Below, in pieces: positions 63,706 through 64,000 of a stretch of 64,000 nucleotides of DNA (position 1 is the first letter of the stretch; every line of letters starts with the position of its first letter). The DNA lies in contig NC_068987.1 of assembly GCF_001194135.2 (NCBI RefSeq), forward strand, positions 11,088,588 through 11,152,587, written 5' to 3'. The notes beneath the pieces were generated by a model, which had not been told where the DNA came from, searched no databases, and saw only the letters and a program-made list of their open reading frames with translations. The stretch is from Octopus bimaculoides (Eukaryota). The position numbers and the translations under genes are program-made.

Positions 63706-64000
63706 CATACATAAATACATACATATATATATATATATATAAGTGTAGTCATACAGAGGCACACTCTCACAGATATAATGTGTTTTTACAAAAGACTGTT
63801 CCTAGTATGTGCAGCTGTGTAAAAAGAAAGCAACGTAGTTCTTTCTCTCTTTCTGTCTCTCTCACATGCTCTCTTTCTCTCCCCCCTCCCCCCTCTCTAT
63901 CTCTCTCTGTCTCCTCTTTCTTTCATTCTCAGTACTGTCACCTCAGGACTTAAGTTTTCTTTCGCACAATATCTGAGGAATCTCTTTATTTGACATGACT

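Overview
AT-rich eukaryotic genomic DNA, almost certainly a coleoid cephalopod (Octopus-like). This is an inference from the tRNA-derived SINE families, the extreme (TA)n/(CA)n/(CAT)n/(AAT)n density and the scaffold gaps, many of which abut (TA)n tracts. About 6 kb of the 64 kb is N. No complete protein-coding gene, RNA gene or CRISPR array can be supported; most ORF-track entries are microsatellite or gap artefacts. The window is dominated by: (1) at least four tRNA-headed SINE families whose heads and tails are shuffled in a modular way; (2) degenerate RTE-clade LINE fragments (14.1-14.4 kb and a collinear but internally rearranged copy at 41.5-43.9 kb) plus an intact tandem C2H2 zinc-finger cassette at 7.0-7.2 kb; (3) two TTAA-flanked piggyBac-type MITE families, a mariner deletion derivative, a probable Helentron/DINE-1-like element and a possible pogo remnant; (4) several short candidate exons and promoter-like CpG-richer patches suggesting the region is intronic or promoter-proximal to unidentified gene(s). 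I found no convincing previously undescribed biological system. The most interesting signals concern transposon architecture and possible host exons, and all need database or RNA-seq checks.
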